DNA of 6,379 nucleotides from a virus (Duplodnaviria; Heunggongvirae; Uroviricota; Caudoviricetes): IMG/VR virus record IMGVR_UViG_2541047166_000019; one strand, 5' to 3'. Shown piece by piece: positions 5,742 to 6,379 of this stretch (position 1 is its first letter; each line of letters starts with the position of its first letter). The notes under the pieces were generated by a model. It saw only the letters and a program-made list of their open reading frames with translations, ran no database searches and was not told where the DNA came from. The position numbers and the translations under genes were made by a program.

Positions 5742-5939
5742 AGATTGCCTCTTACGGACCGAAAGGTCAAGGAGAAGCAGGCTATGAAGCAGCAAAAGGC
5801 GATGTTAATCGCCCTGATCGTCATCTGTTTAATCGTCATAGTGACGGCACTGGTAACGAGGAAAGACCTCTGCGAGGTACGAATCCGAACCGGCCAGACG
5901 GAGGTCGCTGTCTTCACAGCTTACGAACCTGAGGAGTAA
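5727..5939 (+). CDS. mok: Mok-like reading frame (in-frame N-terminal extension of Hok), 70 codons
   Basis: ATG 5727 gives MLVTYRLPLTDRKVKEKQA followed by the Hok sequence. It has the same length and N-terminal pattern (ML.T.R.PLTDRKVKEK.AMKQ) as MokC of E. coli as I recall it. Confidence 0.55.
   Translation: MLVTYRLPLTDRKVKEKQAMKQQKAMLIALIVICLIVIVTALVTRKDLCEVRIRTGQTEVAVFTAYEPEE
5784..5939 (+). CDS. hok: Hok-family type I toxin (HokD/RelF-like), 51 aa
   Basis: MKQQKAMLIALIVICLIVIVTALVTRKDLCEVRIRTGQTEVAVFTAYEPEE is the Hok/Gef family signature and is near-identical to E. coli HokD as I recall it. SD GGAG (5771..5774) precedes ATG 5784. Confidence 0.9.
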   Translation: MKQQKAMLIALIVICLIVIVTALVTRKDLCEVRIRTGQTEVAVFTAYEPEE

Positions 5940-6007
5940 GAGACCAGGCGGGGGAGAAATCCCTCGCCACCTCTGATGTGTCAGGCATCCTCAACGCACC
6001 CGCACTT

Positions 6008-6034
6008 AACCCGCTTCGGCGGGTTTTTGTTTTT
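6008..6034 (+). terminator. Rho-independent terminator of the hok transcript
   Basis: ACCCGC-ttcg-GCGGGT hairpin (6009..6024) followed by TTTTTGTTTTT (6024..6034). Confidence 0.8.
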
Positions 6035-6107
6035 ACTGGTCGTTCTGGTTTACAATCCATCCGTCAGCCTGAACAACTGGCACCTGCTGCGCCAGCAGAG
6101 AAAACAG

Positions 6108-6379
6108 ATGGCGCACGATACCAAATTTTACAATTCGGATAACTCTGCCGCCCCTGCCAGCAGGCACGGGCGGCGTTCTCATGCATTCAAATCTGACTGG
6201 TATCAGCACGACCCCTGCACCGAAGAACAGGCTGAATGGCTGATTCAGTGTTACCGCAGGCGCGGATACGAGGTTAAAAAAGCCCTCAGTCTCGATTATC
6301 GTCACTGGATAATCTCCGTCAGGCTCCCTTACTCCGAACGGCCACCGCGTCCGTCCCGCACATTCCAGCAACGGATCTG
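6108..6379 (+). CDS. Hypothetical protein, 5' part only (90 codons, no stop before window end)
   Basis: ATG 6108 opens a frame that stays open to the window end (MAHDTKFYNSDNSAAPASRHGRRSHAFKSDWYQHDPCTEEQAEWLIQCYRRRGYEVKKALSLDYRHWIISVRLPYSERPPRPSRTFQQRI). The ORF track omits it because it has no stop and reports the antisense shadow 6033..6371 instead. Weak RBS, and the frame is also open upstream through the terminator, so the start is uncertain. Confidence 0.45.
   Translation, partial: MAHDTKFYNSDNSAAPASRHGRRSHAFKSDWYQHDPCTEEQAEWLIQCYRRRGYEVKKALSLDYRHWIISVRLPYSERPPRPSRTFQQRI

Larger units (their letters stand above)
5635..6034 (+). other. hok/mok mRNA (about 400 nt) with 5' tac and 3' fbi complementary elements
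   Basis: The 5' segment TGCGGGTGCTTGAGG (5633..5647) is complementary to the 3' segment CCTCAACGCACCCGCA (5988..6003) with one bulged base. The 5' hairpin GAGGC-tatct-GCCTC (5644..5658) resembles the plasmid R1 hok leader. The transcript ends at the terminator 6008..6034. Confidence 0.5.
1..6379. mobile_element. Segment of a lambdoid enterobacterial prophage (immunity, replication, moron and nin-like region)
   Basis: Gene order is cI-like repressor divergent from cro-like, then cII-position protein, replication initiator with internal iterons, lambda-P-like loader, moron and hok locus. This matches the Rac/Qin/CP-933P-type early region. No prophage ends (att site, integrase) lie inside the window. 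Confidence 0.8.

Noticed and set aside
5414-5917. Minus-strand ORFs 5414..5674 and 5723..5917
   Set aside because: The first spans hairpins, the palindrome and the hok promoter. The second is antisense to hok. Neither has coding character.
5961-6107. Upstream extension of the 6108 ORF (frame open back to about 5960, for example from GTG 5976)
   Set aside because: The extension would run through the fbi element and the hok terminator hairpin, so ATG 6108 is the more plausible start.
6033-6371. 112-aa minus-strand ORF from the ORF track
   Set aside because: Its translation is Pro/Gly/Arg-rich and low in complexity, it begins inside the hok terminator, and the opposite strand carries a cleaner ORF from ATG 6108. 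Treated as an antisense shadow.

Overview
This 6.4-kb window reads as the early region of a lambdoid enterobacterial prophage (Rac/Qin/CP-933P-like layout). Left to right: a PL-like leftward promoter and the start of a leftward gene; a DicA-like cI-type repressor (minus strand) divergent from a DicC/YdaS-like Cro-type regulator; a YdaT-like cII-position protein; a replication initiator (N-terminal winged helix plus C-terminal DnaT-like domain) with iteron-like ACCCAAA repeats in its linker-coding region; and a lambda-P-like helicase loader whose ORF overlaps the initiator ORF by about 200 nt. Downstream are a winged-helix gene interrupted by one in-frame TAG, about 850 bp with no convincing gene, an AT-rich moron encoding a signal-peptide-bearing ModA-like solute-binding protein preceded by a 28-bp inverted repeat, a complete-looking hok/mok type I toxin locus preceded by a 24-bp perfect palindrome, and the 5' part of a further + strand ORF. 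I found no clearly novel multi-gene system. The most unusual items are the orphan secreted binding-protein moron, the amber-interrupted wHTH gene, and a hok locus whose antisense (sok) promoter looks weak. All family assignments are from reading the translations by eye and from memory of the families; no database search was run.
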